Origin: an uncultured Gemmatimonadaceae bacterium
Lineage (GTDB): Bacteria > Gemmatimonadota > Gemmatimonadetes > Gemmatimonadales > Gemmatimonadaceae
Length of the DNA stretch: 64,000 nt
Reading direction: 5' to 3'
NCBI GenBank assembly: GCA_963829055.1
Contig: CAWHHI010000006.1
Location: 512,001 to 576,000, forward strand
In this document: piece by piece, positions 44,020 to 54,828 of the stretch
How positions within the stretch are numbered: the stretch's first letter is position 1
How the letters are laid out: every line of letters starts with the position of its first letter
The notes under the pieces: model-generated
Told to the model about the DNA's origin: nothing
Database searches by the model: none
Seen by the model: the letters and a program-made list of their open reading frames with translations, nothing else
Position numbers and translations under genes: made by a program

Positions 44020-44901
44020 GCCGGCGAAGTCGACGGCCGCGGCGATCGTCTCCGGGTCACGCAGGATGCGCTTGTGACCGAGCGATGGCGCCGGAACCAG
44101 CCGACTGCCTGTCCACGCGTCGGCCAACTGCGTCGCGAACGTGAACGGGACCTCGCGGTCCGCCGGGTCGTGGAAGATGATCGCGGGCACGTCGGTCCTG
44201 CGCGCCGCGACGAGCGCGTCGAGCGATTCGACCGACCGACCCACGCGCTCGACCACCCGCCGCATCATCCCCACCGCACGCTCCGCGGGAAGCCCGATCG
44301 CTCGGCTGAACCGATCGACGTAATACGCCGGTCCGGGTGCCGGCGAGAAGAGCACCGCGCCCCGCACCGGAAGGGCGAGCTCCGTGATCGCGAGGACAGC
44401 CGCGGCGCCACCGAACGAATGACCCACGACCACCTCCGGTGCTCCAAGCGCACCACACACCGCGTCGATCGCGCGGAGGAAATCGACCAGCGAGCTCTCG
44501 CGACCGGGCGACTGCCCGTGTCCCGGCATGTCGAAGACGACCGCGCGATGGCCGGCGCGTGCGAACGCGCGCGCGAGCGGCATCATGTCGGACGCAGAAC
44601 CGCCCCACCCGTGGAGCAGCATGACCGTCGGTCCGTCGCCTATCACGGATGCTGGCACCTGAAGCGAGCCGCCTCGCACACGAATGTCCAAGGTTCGGAT
44701 GCGGCCGTGGCCGATATCATCAATGGCTGCTTTGTGGCTCGACGTAGGCCGCTTCTGGCGCGGTGGTGTCACGAACATCTTCGCCGCACGTCGCTCAGCG
44801 GATTCCGGCGCAACGCGTGATTCAAGGGCGAACCAGAGTCGAAGCGCTCTGAGGCTCGCCGGAACAGCGCGATCGGTCGTGCTTTTTATGGTGCGGCTCA
44901 T
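44020..44901 (-). CDS. Alpha/beta hydrolase
   Basis: LHGWGG, DMPGHG, GHSFG, HDPAD, LGH; the 3' end reads into the repeat. Confidence 0.88.
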
Positions 44902-44918
44902 GAGGACAGGACCGGAGA

Positions 44919-45521
44919 TCAAGTGTGAGTCGAGCTTCGAGCGCCCGCGACCAGAACGTCGAACGCGCCGATCGCGCGGGACTTCGCCAAGGGGTCGCGA
45001 AGTAGGCGCGCGCAGTGGTAGTAGCTGAGCACGACGCCGAACAGCTGAAAGGCGAACAGGTCCGGGTCGACGTCCGACCGAAAATGTCCGGCTTCTATCG
45101 TCAGGCGCACCGACCTCGCGAGCATCTCGAGCCACCGCTGTTGTTGCACGACGAGGGCGTCGCGCGCCGGGCCCGGGCGGTCGTCGAGCTCCGCGGCCGC
45201 GTGCATGAAAACGCACCCGCCGGGAAGGCTTTCATGCTGCTCCCACTGCAGCCAGTGCTCGAACAACGCGCGCAGCCGCGGTTCACCGCGAGGCGCCGTG
45301 AGCGCGGGTGCGACGACGACCTGCGTGAACTTCTCCGCCGCGGCGTTCAGGACGTCGACCTGCAGCGCCTCCTTGGAGTCGAAGTGCGCGAAGAGCCCGC
45401 TCTTGGACATGCCGACGTCCGCGGCGACTTTGCCGAGCGTGATGCCTTCGATGCCGTCGACGCTGGCGGCGCGTAGAGCGGTCTCGACGATCCGGCTGCG
45501 CGTGATGTTCCCCTTGGACAT
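44919..45521 (-). CDS. TetR-family regulator
   Basis: GMSKSGLFAHFDSKEAL HTH; GGC motif. Confidence 0.92.
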   Translation of the reverse strand: MSKGNITRSRIVETALRAASVDGIEGITLGKVAADVGMSKSGLFAHFDSKEALQVDVLNAAAEKFTQVVVAPALTAPRGEPRLRALFEHWLQWEQHESLPGGCVFMHAAAELDDRPGPARDALVVQQQRWLEMLARSVRLTIEAGHFRSDVDPDLFAFQLFGVVLSYYHCARLLRDPLAKSRAIGAFDVLVAGARSSTHT

Positions 45522-45531
45522 ACGAAAACAA

Positions 45532-45549
45532 TACGACCGATCGGTCGTA
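45532..45549. promoter_or_regulatory. Probable TetR operator
   Basis: Perfect palindrome TACGACCGATCGGTCGTA; partial copy CGATCGGTCGT at 44870-44880. Confidence 0.75.
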
Positions 45550-45624
45550 AATAGCAAGATTCAATCTGCGCTTGAAAGAATTGCCTTGCGCGGAGGTGGG
45601 CTGGGCCGTTAAGGTGCTGGACCA

Positions 45625-45708
45625 ATGTCCAACCGCGCCGCCGCCACCTATTACTACTTTAGCTACTGGAAAACCTCCGGGAGCTACAGGCGCGCGCGCA
45701 CGATCTAG
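45625..45708 (+). CDS. Aromatic amino acid attenuator leader peptide [27 protein letters not shown]
   Basis: 27 codons; 6 aromatic codons in a 7-codon run; precedes a terminator and aroF. Confidence 0.85.
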   Translation: MSNRAAATYYYFSYWKTSGSYRRARTI

Positions 45709-45735
45709 ATTCAGAACACCCGCACTGCCTGCGAC

Positions 45736-45770
45736 GAGCTCCCGAGATTCTCGGGGGCTCTTTTTTTTTT
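45736..45770 (+). terminator. Attenuator intrinsic terminator
   Basis: 11-bp stem GAGCTCCCGAG/CTCGGGGGCTC followed by T10. Confidence 0.88.
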
Positions 45771-45798
45771 CCGCCTTTTGCCGGACAAGGAGTCTGAG

Positions 45799-46708
45799 AT
45801 GCTGGAGACCCGACTCACCGCCCGAACCACGCCGACCCAGGCCGCGACGGTCATTCGCATCGCGGACGAGACTGATCGGCGGTCCGGCATTCACCGTCAT
45901 TGCCGGACCATGCTCGGTCGAGGGGCGCGAGATGCTGCTCCGGTCCGCGGCGGTCGTACGCGCGTCCGGCGCGCGTCTCCTGCGCGGAGGCGCATTCAAG
46001 CCCCGAACCTCTCCGTATGCATTCCGCGGACTCGGCGCCGCCGCGCTGGAGATGTTGGCCGAGGCACGCGAGGTGACCGGGTTACCAATCGTGACGGAGC
46101 TGATGGACGCCCGGGACATCGACGCCGTCGATGCGGTTGCTGACCTCATCCAGATCGGCGCGCGGAACATGCAGAACTTCTCGCTGCTCGCTGCCGTTGG
46201 CGAGCGAGGCACGCCGGTGCTGCTCAAGCGCGGCATGTCGGCGACGGTGACCGAGCTCTTACTGGCGGCCGAGCACATCATGGCGCATGGGAACTCGCGA
46301 GTGATTCTGTGCGAGCGCGGCATCCGCACCTTCGAGACGTCCACGCGCAACACACTCGACATCTCGGCCATCCCCGTCCTGAAGCGTGAGACGCACCTGC
46401 CGGTGATCGTGGACCCGAGTCACGCCGCGGGCCGCGCCGATCTCGTGCCCGCGCTCGCCGCGGCGGCGGTTGCGGTCGGCGCGGACGGGTTGATCGTCGA
46501 AGTGCATCCAGATCCGGCGAGCGCGCTCTCGGACGGGGCGCAGTCGCTGACGCCGGAGGCGTTCGCTGACATGATGCGCATGCTCGCGCCGCTGGCGGAG
46601 GTGTGTGGCCGTCAGCTCGAGATTCCGATCGGGCTCCCGCTCGACGCGCACGACTCATCGCTGCTCGTCGAGAGTGGCTCGCACTCGGCGCTGCGAGTGT
46701 GCGCATGA
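45799..46708 (+). CDS. aroF: DAHP synthase type I-beta (frameshift near 45870)
   Basis: [51 protein letters not shown]. Confidence 0.93.
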
Positions 46709-47371
46709 GCGTGCGCGGGAGCGAGATGCGAGTCGCGACCGCGCCGCGCGTCGCGTATCAGGGTGAGCCTGGCGCGTACGGCGAGATGGCGATCGCGCAG
46801 GAGTGGCGCGGCAACGCGACGGCGTTAGGTGCGCCGACGTTCGCCGAGGCCCTCGGTCAGCTCGGACGCGGCCGGGCGGACTTCGCGGTGATCCCCGTCT
46901 GGAATTCGACGATCGGGGACATCAAGGACACGACCGTGTTGCTGGCGCATCACGCGTCGCGTCTGGAGACGGTCTCCGAGCTCGTTGTCCCGGTCGTGCA
47001 CTGTCTGCTCGGGCTGCCTGGCGCGTCGTTCGCGACGGTGCGTTACGTCGGCAGTCATCCGACGGCGCTCGCGCAGTGTCGCCGGCTGTTCGGGGCGCCG
47101 CGTTCGCTGCAGCCCTGCGTGGCGCATGACACCGCCGGCGCCGCGCGCGAGCTTTCGACGTTAGGCATCCGCGACTCGGTTGCCGCGAAACGGCGCGGCA
47201 CCGTGGTTCGAGCCATACCAGTCTGCGGGCGCTGCGTCGCTGGCGGTGATCGCCGGCGCGGCGGTCGCACAGTTGTATGGTTTGGTCGTGATCGCCGAGG
47301 GGGTGCAGGACAATCCGGAGAACGCCACGCGGTTCGTGGTGGTCAAGGCACAGGACGGTGTGCGTTGGTGA
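46705..47371 (+). CDS. pheA: Prephenate dehydratase, catalytic domain only (frameshift near 47190)
   Basis: [35 protein letters not shown], then stop. Confidence 0.85.
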
Positions 47372-47410
47372 CGTCTCGCCTCGAGCACCCAACCACAGGC
47401 GCAGCCGCGG

Positions 47411-47776
47411 ATGCGCGCCGTCCGCGGCGCTGTAACGGTGGACGCCGACACGCCGGCCGCGATTGACGCCGCCGTGCGTGAGCTGCTCGAACAGCTCACG
47501 GACGCCAATGCGATCGACTCGCGGGACATCGTGAGCGCCATCTTCTCCGCGACGCCCGACCTCCGCAGTCGCAACCCGGCCACGTCGGCTCGCACGTTAG
47601 GCTGGACGGACGTGCCGCTGATGGGAGTGGCCGAGTTCGAGACTGACGGTATGCTCGCGCGGTGCGTGCGCGTGATGCTGCACGTGAGCGTCGCCGACGG
47701 GCGGCGGCTGCAGGCCGTATATCTCGGCGGTGCTGCGTGCCTTCGTCCGGATCTGGCGTCGTTCGCAGAGGCCTGA
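47411..47776 (+). CDS. aroH: AroH-type chorismate mutase
   Basis: MRAVRGA, FSATPDL, RCVRVMLH, YLGGA..LRPDL. Confidence 0.9.
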   Translation: MRAVRGAVTVDADTPAAIDAAVRELLEQLTDANAIDSRDIVSAIFSATPDLRSRNPATSARTLGWTDVPLMGVAEFETDGMLARCVRVMLHVSVADGRRLQAVYLGGAACLRPDLASFAEA

Positions 47777-47800
47777 GGAAGGAGGCCATAGGAAGGAGGT

Positions 47801-48072
47801 TGTCATCCTGAGCGCCGGAAGCGACAGCGAGGGACCTTCTCGAACGTTCTTGTGGCCGGGCTGGCTACAATGACGTTGACGGAATCGGGCCTCTCAGACG
47901 AAGGGTGCTACGGATGCCGCGTCAGCGACGGATAGCCTCCGAGCCGGGACGAGGCACTGTCACGGGCTGTGAAGGGGAACCGCGTCGGATGCATTGTCAT
48001 CCGCTGTCGCGACGCTTCTCGGACAGCGGAGTCAATCCGCTCGATCCGACAGATCCGTTCTCTCCGTCAGTC
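47801..48072. repeat. Degenerate GTCAT type II element plus CGGAT/ATCCG-rich inverted repeats
   Basis: TGTCATCCTGAGC..GAGGGACCTT..GTGGCCGG; repeated ATCCG units at 48035-48068. Confidence 0.45.
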
Positions 48073-48092
48073 CTGAGCCGTCCGACGGCGTC

Positions 48093-49395
48093 CTATGGAC
48101 GCAGGTCGATGACCCGCACTGCAGTCCGCGTTGGCGGTCGCGTTTGTGGAGCGAGCCGGCCGCTACGATCGTCGAGGCGCCCGTACTGGCTGTTCGCAAT
48201 GTAGTAGAAGCGAGTTCCGACGAGGACTCCCGTCGTCGGCTGCTGCACGACCGGTAGCCCGCGTTCGATCACCGCGCCCGACGTGATCCGGCTCCCGTCG
48301 GCAGACACACCGTACCTGACGACGCGCGCGAGCGTCGGGATTCCCTGGACGGCGATGAGGCCGTCGCCGTACCAGTACAACCCATCGACGGACGCGGTGC
48401 TCACCGAGTCGGGCGACGGCACAAGCGTGAGACTCTCGCGTCGTCAGGTCCAGCCGCGCGATGCCTTCGAGGAACGCCACGTAGAGCGCGCGTTCGTCGG
48501 GGTGCACCGTGATGCCGTTCGCACTCGTATACCGATCGAGCGGAGGCTGCACGAACAGCTCGAGCGTGTCGTCAGGAGAGCGCAGGCGGTAGATCGAGCC
48601 CTTTTCGGTGTCCGTGAGATAGAGACTTCCGTCGCGCATGACAACGAAGTCGTTCAGCAGGTGCCCGGGCCTGCCACCGTCCGGCGTCCACGACTTGATG
48701 ATCCTGCCTGTCGCGAGCTCGGCGAGAAACAGGCGCGTTATGCTCGGCGGCTCGGTGGAATCGCGATGCGTCGAGTCCGGCGCCCACGTCGCGAACCATA
48801 GGCGCCCGCGCGCGGCGTCGATGTGAATACCGACGACGCGGAGCATGTTCGGCGCGTGAGCGATGTACGGCGTGACGGCGCCGTTAGGCGCGACGGCTGA
48901 AACGACACGCCTGGCGAGACTCCCGACGAGAAATCGGCCGCGCGTGCTGTCGAACGCGAGCGCCTCCGGGACGAAGTCAGGGTCCGCGATCTCGAACGCG
49001 ACTTTCCCGTCGAGAATCGGCAGCCGGTTGGAGAGCAGCCGATTCCGCGCGCTCGCGTAGCCAGGACGCGCTCGCAACGGGGCGAACACGGAGTCCGCGT
49101 TAGGGTCGCGCGTGTCGCCCATGCGCCCGAGTCGCGCGAGCGCGGCGATAGCGGAATCTGGGGCGCCGGAGCGTGCGAAGGCGCGCGCCTGGGCGTAGAC
49201 GACGCCCGGATGACTCGGCGCACGCGCCGCGACTTCCCGCACGTGCGCCGCGTACCCGGCGAAGTCGCCAGCCGCGGCTGCACGTTCTGCGAGCTGCGAG
49301 TGGCAGAAGACATCACACGCTGGCTGCTGTGCGCTGCCAGTCGCGGAAGCGAACGCGAGCGACGTGCAAGCAAGAAGCAGCCGCCGCGCCATCAC
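48093..49395 (-). CDS. Secreted SMP-30/gluconolactonase-like beta-propeller with helical N-terminus (frameshift near 48430)
   Basis: PEALAFD, LNDF..DG.LY.TD, ANGI, DGLY, PTTG. Confidence 0.7.
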
Positions 49396-49859
49396 GTCAG
49401 GTCGGCGTTCCCGTCGATGAACTTCGAGGTTGAAGCGGAACGCCGTGATGCGCCACGTTCGTTGGGTGAGCTCACGAGCGTGAAGTCGTACGTTCCGACG
49501 AACGTCCTCGTGTTCCGCCCTGACGGGGTACGACGGTAGTGCATTGCGATACCGTAACAGGACGCGTCCGCCTCACGGCCACGTACGGTGATCTGAAAGT
49601 TTCCCGCCTGATGATGCAGGAACTCGATCGGGGCGAGGCCCTCCTTCCAGCCGGCAATGATCTGCTCGGCTGACACCGTCGCGGGCTCGCCGCCCGCGAC
49701 CAATGTCATGTCGAAGTCCACGGTGTCCGTCAGACAGGTGCGTATGCCGTCCCAGTCGCGAGTATCCGTATACTCGAACAACCGGACGATGCAGTCGGTG
49801 ATCTGCTGCCGGGCGACGAGATCGGCGAGGCCGCTCGGTACGCGCTGCACGTCGATCAT
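49392..49859 (-). CDS. SnoaL-like / NTF2 family protein
   Basis: DTRDWD, HHQAGN, GTYDF. Confidence 0.8.
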   Translation of the reverse strand: MIDVQRVPSGLADLVARQQITDCIVRLFEYTDTRDWDGIRTCLTDTVDFDMTLVAGGEPATVSAEQIIAGWKEGLAPIEFLHHQAGNFQITVRGREADASCYGIAMHYRRTPSGRNTRTFVGTYDFTLVSSPNERGASRRSASTSKFIDGNADLT

Positions 49860-49863
49860 CGCG

Positions 49864-49980
49864 TCAGACCGAAGCCAGGGCTTCGTGCTCGACGCGGGTG
49901 CCGAGTGCCGCCTGGAACGGGACCATGACTTCGTAATCCTCGACGAAGTCGCCGACGAGCATCAGAATCTTCTTCGACAT
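49864..49980 (-). pseudogene. Truncated DJ-1/PfpI family gene
   Basis: RBS then MSKKILMLVGDFVEDYEVMVPFQA; stops after 38 codons. Confidence 0.75.
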
Positions 49981-50062
49981 CCGATACCTCCGCGAAACGG
50001 GGCTGCTGAGTTGAGTGACGCACCTGGATTTGCCGTGACGATCGCGCGGAGACAAGTCCTCC

Positions 50063-50214
50063 GTGTCATTCCGAGCAGGTTGTCATTCCGAGCGAGCGGC
50101 AGCGAGTCGAGGAATCGCGATTGTCCTCATAGAGGGGCCGCTCTGCCCGTATGATCGCGATTCCTCATGCGCCCAGAGGGCACCCGCGGCCTGCGGCCTC
50201 CGCTCGGAATGACA
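50063..50214. repeat. GTCAT REP-like element, type I, with duplicated left end
   Basis: GTGTCATTCCGAGC twice..TAGAGGGGCCGCTCT..GCTCGGAATGACA. Confidence 0.85.
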
Positions 50215-50217
50215 ACG

Positions 50218-51461
50218 CTATCTTCGACGAGCAGTTATCAGAACCTGAATCTCGTCAGGGCGTGGATTGAGGAAGTCCAGCCGTATCCGCCCATCCGGCA
50301 ACGTGCTGACCGTCGTGGTGAATCGAGCTGTTCGTCAGCACCCAGCCCGCCGGCAGCACGACGGCATTCGCCGGACGACCGAAGCCGCGATCCCACACGA
50401 GCTCGTCGCCCGACAGCTTGTAGCGTGCCGTGTCCGTGTACGTCTCGAACATTCGAAGCGAATCGACTCGCCCGCCTTCACCGCCGGGAAGCGAAACACC
50501 ACGACTTCGGTCGTCGGCGTGACATTCTCGCACGTCGAGCTTCGCCTTCGTGATCGCGTCGCCGACCAGCACCTCATGTGGGAGCATCTCACCCGTGTCG
50601 AGGTTTCGCGCCGACGGCTTCGACACCGTGCTGCCCGCGCGCACGACATTGAGATACGTGCTCACGCCGGGCCGCGTCTCCGTGTAGTCGTGATACAGAT
50701 CGAACGCGTGCGTCTCCGGCTGCTGCAGGAAGTACACGATCTCGCGGTTCTGATACGCGCGTTCGACCAGTCGTGCGGCATCAACACTCGACTTCGCGGG
50801 GCCGAGCTTCGGCGCCTTTCGCGCGCGGAGCACCAGCGGTGCTTCGGCCGGCGTGACGTTCCAGAACGTGACCTTGATCCGGCCGTCCGCTTCCTGAAGG
50901 ATCTGCGACGGATAGTTGCAGGCCACGAGCTCGTAGCCGTTAGGCAGCACGACCGCGTTGCGCTTGATGCCGAGCGGTCGGTTGAAGACGATGTCGCTGC
51001 CGTCGAGGAAGTAGCTCTTCGCGTCCTCGTACGTCTTGTCGATCAGGACGCGGGCCTCGCCGCCGTCGGCGGGAACCGGGCGCGCGAGCGCGACGCGGAT
51101 GTAGTCCTGCGTCGAGTCGGCGCCGCGAACGCCGCCGGCGCGTGCGACAGTGCCATTCACCACATCGAATCGGAGGGGCGCTCCGGTCGCACGATCGGTC
51201 ACGCGCTCGTCGCTCGCGACGCTTCCTCGGCGAATGGGATTGAAGTAGTAGCGGGCGCCCGCCGTCGTCGCGGAGACCTCGTAGATGATCCGGAACTTGG
51301 CCGACCCTGGCGCCAGCAGCTCGTATCGGGTGTAGGCGTCGGCCTCGGTCTGCCTGGGCGGCTCGGCCGCAGTGCCTGGTGGCGCCGGTGTCTGCGCGCC
51401 GAGAGACCCGGATGCGATGATCAGAGCGACAAGCGAAGCGCGCAGTGCGCAGTCGAGGCAT
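50218..51461 (-). CDS. Secreted hypothetical protein with an internal duplication (frameshifted)
   Basis: Two similar halves: Y.LL.P.S..F.I.Y..NAVVLPNGY and YFLQQPETHAF..NAVVLPAGW. Confidence 0.65.
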
Positions 51462-51466
51462 GAGAG

Positions 51467-52012
51467 TCAGGGGCCGAGCGCTCCGGTGCAGCGCTGGAGG
51501 CACTTCACGGTGAAGAGGCCGGGGTCCGTCGTGAACCCGATGCCGCTGAGCTTCCGCGTGCCCGACATCGCGACGAAGGGGCTGTCGCTCGTCAGACGAT
51601 TCGTGGACACGTCGTAGCGGACGGCGACGCCGTCGATACGACGGCGCGTCGTGTCTGACGTGATCGCCACGCGGCCATGTGCGTCGACCACCGCGCGGTT
51701 CACATGATAGGTGCCGCTCGGCGCGGTAAGACTGCTCAGCGGCCTGCCTAACGTCGTCGTGAACTGCGCGCGGAAGCCACGGAACTCGAAGCGCGTCAAG
51801 GCGTCGAACGACATGACCGTGTCGCCGCCGATCTCGCCGCGACGCAGGCCGTTCGAGGCGAGCACCGAGCGCGCACCGAACATCACCTGTTCGGCGGAGT
51901 CGCGCGCCGTGCCGGTGTTCGGAGCGGCCGAGCGCTGTGGCGAGTTGCACGCCCAGGCCAGGAAAACAACGCTGATTCCGAGGACGAGCCTCGTAACGCG
52001 CACGATGCTCAT
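51467..52012 (-). CDS. LptC-like periplasmic protein
   Basis: Lipobox-like AWAC; AEQVMFG, LTAPSG.Y, SDSPF, GIGFTTDP. Confidence 0.6.
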   Translation of the reverse strand: MSIVRVTRLVLGISVVFLAWACNSPQRSAAPNTGTARDSAEQVMFGARSVLASNGLRRGEIGGDTVMSFDALTRFEFRGFRAQFTTTLGRPLSSLTAPSGTYHVNRAVVDAHGRVAITSDTTRRRIDGVAVRYDVSTNRLTSDSPFVAMSGTRKLSGIGFTTDPGLFTVKCLQRCTGALGP

Positions 52013-52537
52013 CGGTTCGACCCGCGGTTACGACAGCGTTCCACCCTGGATCCTCGCGAACGGCGGGTCAATGTCCGGATATGTGAACTGCGCGACAGGA
52101 TGGACAAGATGGGCAGGATGGGCGCGCCTGGATAGCGGGCGTGGGTGAGTCAAGATCGGGATCGACGTGGGACGTGCCGAGCGGTCCGACTGGGCGTGCG
52201 CGCGATTGCGGCCAGCGTCGGCGAGCTCCGTCACACGGCAGCGTCTGCTTCAAGCTTCTGGACGACGCGACGTTCTTCGCGGCGAGCTCGCTCGTCGACG
52301 ACGTGGGTCGTCGCTGCACCGCGGTCGTTCAACATCGGCTTCCTGCGTCCGATGCTGCGTGCCGGGCACGGTGACCGCTCGCGGCACGTCGCATGCCGGC
52401 CACTCGCTGTCTGCTACCGACAGCGGCCGCGTGCTACGTGGAGCTGCATGTCGCACGCAGCCCATGCTGCATGTCGAGCCGAGCGGGTGGCAGCGCGCAG
52501 CGAGCCGCCTGGCGATACGCAAGCAGCAAGCTGCAGT

Positions 52538-53188
52538 TCAAGCAGCATGCTGCAGTTGATCCATGGTCTCCTGCACAATCTCGATCTCGTCGCCGCTGAC
52601 GGTGTGTCCCATGCCCGGGTAGAGCTTTCGCGTCACCGCTGCACCGAGGCGGCGGAAGACCGTCTCGCTCTCGAGCACGCGCTCGCCGGGATGTGCGGGT
52701 CGACGTCGCTGCAGCCGAGGAACACCGGCGTGCCGTCGAGCGACGTCGTGACGTCGTCCCACGTCGTTCCTGGCGGGCCGATCAGACCCGCCGCTCAGCG
52801 CCATGACGCCGCCGTAGCGTCGCGGGTGGCGGATCGAGAATTCGGACGTTAGGCATGCGCCCTGGGAAAACCCGAGCAGCATGATCTGCTGCGGCGGGAA
52901 TCCCGCGCTCGATGAGATCGCTCACGAGCGACTCGATCACGAACAGGCCCGACGAGATGCCCGGCTCGTTCTGCTCGCGTGGCGCCATGAAGCTGAGCGG
53001 ATACCACGTCCCGCCAGCGGCTGCCGGCGCCAGGTACACGAAGTCGGGCCGATCGAGGACCGCCGAACGAGCTCGAGGATGTTCGCCGGGGCCGGCGTTC
53101 CGGCCGTGAATCATGATCATGGCGGCACGTGCGGTCGTCGAGCGGCGGCGCCGGCGCGCAGGATCGGCTGACCGGCGTGTGGCTGCAT
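52538..53188 (-). CDS. Phospholipase/carboxylesterase (MhqD-like; frameshifted)
   Basis: IHGR, WYP.SF, GFSQG, YPGMGH. Confidence 0.8.
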
Positions 53189-53206
53189 TGGTCGAGAATC
53201 TGCCGG

Positions 53207-54154
53207 TCAGTAGCGAACGTTAGGCAGCTGCGCTTCGATCTCGGTCCGGTGCGGCTCTTCCCACGGCGGCAGCTTGAGCGCCGCGTCCGAGCTCGGCCAC
53301 CGGCTCGTCGACCGGGAAGCCGGGCCGCATCGTCGCGATCTCGAACAACACGCCGCCCGGCTCGCGGAAGTAGATCGACTTGAAAGTACTGCCGGTCGCG
53401 CACGGCGGTGACCTGCGCGCGCCCGACCAGCTCCTCGCGCAGTCTTCAGCTGCTCGTCCTCGCTGCCGATGGCCATCGCGACGTGGTGCACGGTGCCGAG
53501 CCCGTTCTTCGCCCACGCCGCATCGCCGGCATGGACAATGTCCATCACCTTGCCTGGGCCGTCGCCGTTGACGGCGACGCGAATGCGGCCCTCCATCTCG
53601 TTCACGACCTCGAAGCCGAGCATGTCGCGCATGAACTCCACGGTCCGGCGCGGCTCGCGGACCTCGAGCGACACGCTGTGGAGGCCCGCGCACGGCAGAC
53701 GTCGCGTCTACACCGCCGGCGGTCCACGGGGACACGCGTATCCTGCGTCGTTCGCCACGAGCTCGATGACGAGGCCCGATGGGTCGGTGATGACGATCGA
53801 CTCTTCGCCGAATCGCGGCGGGCGCGTCGGTCACCGTGTAGCCGCGCTCGCGAAGGCGCGTCTTCCAGGCGTCGAGTGAACCGGCGGGAACGGAGAACGA
53901 CGTGACGGTGATCTGTCCCGCGCCCTTGATGCCCGAGCGGCACGCCTCGGCCCTTGTAGGGAAAGGTCGTCCAGATCGTTCCGGGATGGCCGACCTCGTC
54001 GCCGTAGTAGAAGTGGTAGACGAAGTGGTTGTCGAAGTTGACCGTCTTCTTCACGAGACGCATGCCGAGCGCGTCGACGCTGAAGTCGAGGTCGTCCTGG
54101 GCGTCCGTCGACCGTCGCCGTGACGTGATGCAGCCCGAGGATCGGAGAGCTCAT
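53207..54154 (-). CDS. Ring-cleaving dioxygenase / glyoxalase (MhqO-like; frameshifted)
   Basis: [49 protein letters not shown]. Confidence 0.88.
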
Positions 54155-54274
54155 GGGGTGATGTAAAGCCTCAGCGGCGCGTCCAGCAAGGTTCCCGCTG
54201 ACACCGCAAGTAACATTGCGTGGTATGTTCGACCACGGCATTTCAGTCGACACCGCCTCTGCACGGGAACTCAT

Positions 54275-54828
54275 ATGACGACGTGCTGACTCGGCCCGAC
54301 CGAACGGAAGCTGCCGAGTACTACTACACGTACATCGATCAGGTGCCGCCGGATGCCGACATGCTCCGCATGCTCGAAGACGCAGCTTCCCGAGACGGTG
54401 AGCTGCTCGAGGGGATCTCGGACGAACAAGTCGCTGCACCGGTACGCACCGGACAAGTGGAGCATTCGCGAGGTGGTGAGCCACATCAACGATACAGAGC
54501 GAGTGTTCGTGTTCCGCGCCTGTGGTTCGCCCGCGGCCTCGAGCCGGCGATTGCCGAGCTTCGATCAGGACGTCGCGACTGGCGGCGCGTACGCGGACGA
54601 GCGACCCTGGCGTCAACACATCGATGAGTTCCGCGCGGTTCGCGCGGCGTCGCTGCGCGTTCTTCAAGCATCTGCCCGACGACGCGTGGACGCGTCGTGG
54701 CGATTGCGAGCGGCAATCCGTTCACGGTGCGCGCGCTCGCGTACATCACGGCCGGGCACGTCAGCGCACCACATGCGGATCCTGCTCAGGGAGCGGTATC
54801 TGTACGCGCGCGCCGTCGCCCGCCGTGA
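54275..54828 (+). CDS. DinB family protein (frameshifted)
   Basis: YYYTYI, RYAPDKWSIREVVSHINDTERVF, GH..HH. Confidence 0.8.

Noticed and set aside
2418..50214. CRISPR array
   Set aside because: The repeats are dispersed palindromes without regular spacers; no cas genes
52120..52537. Possible gene or ncRNA in a GCAGC-rich intergenic stretch
   Set aside because: No recognisable protein motif or convincing structure by eye
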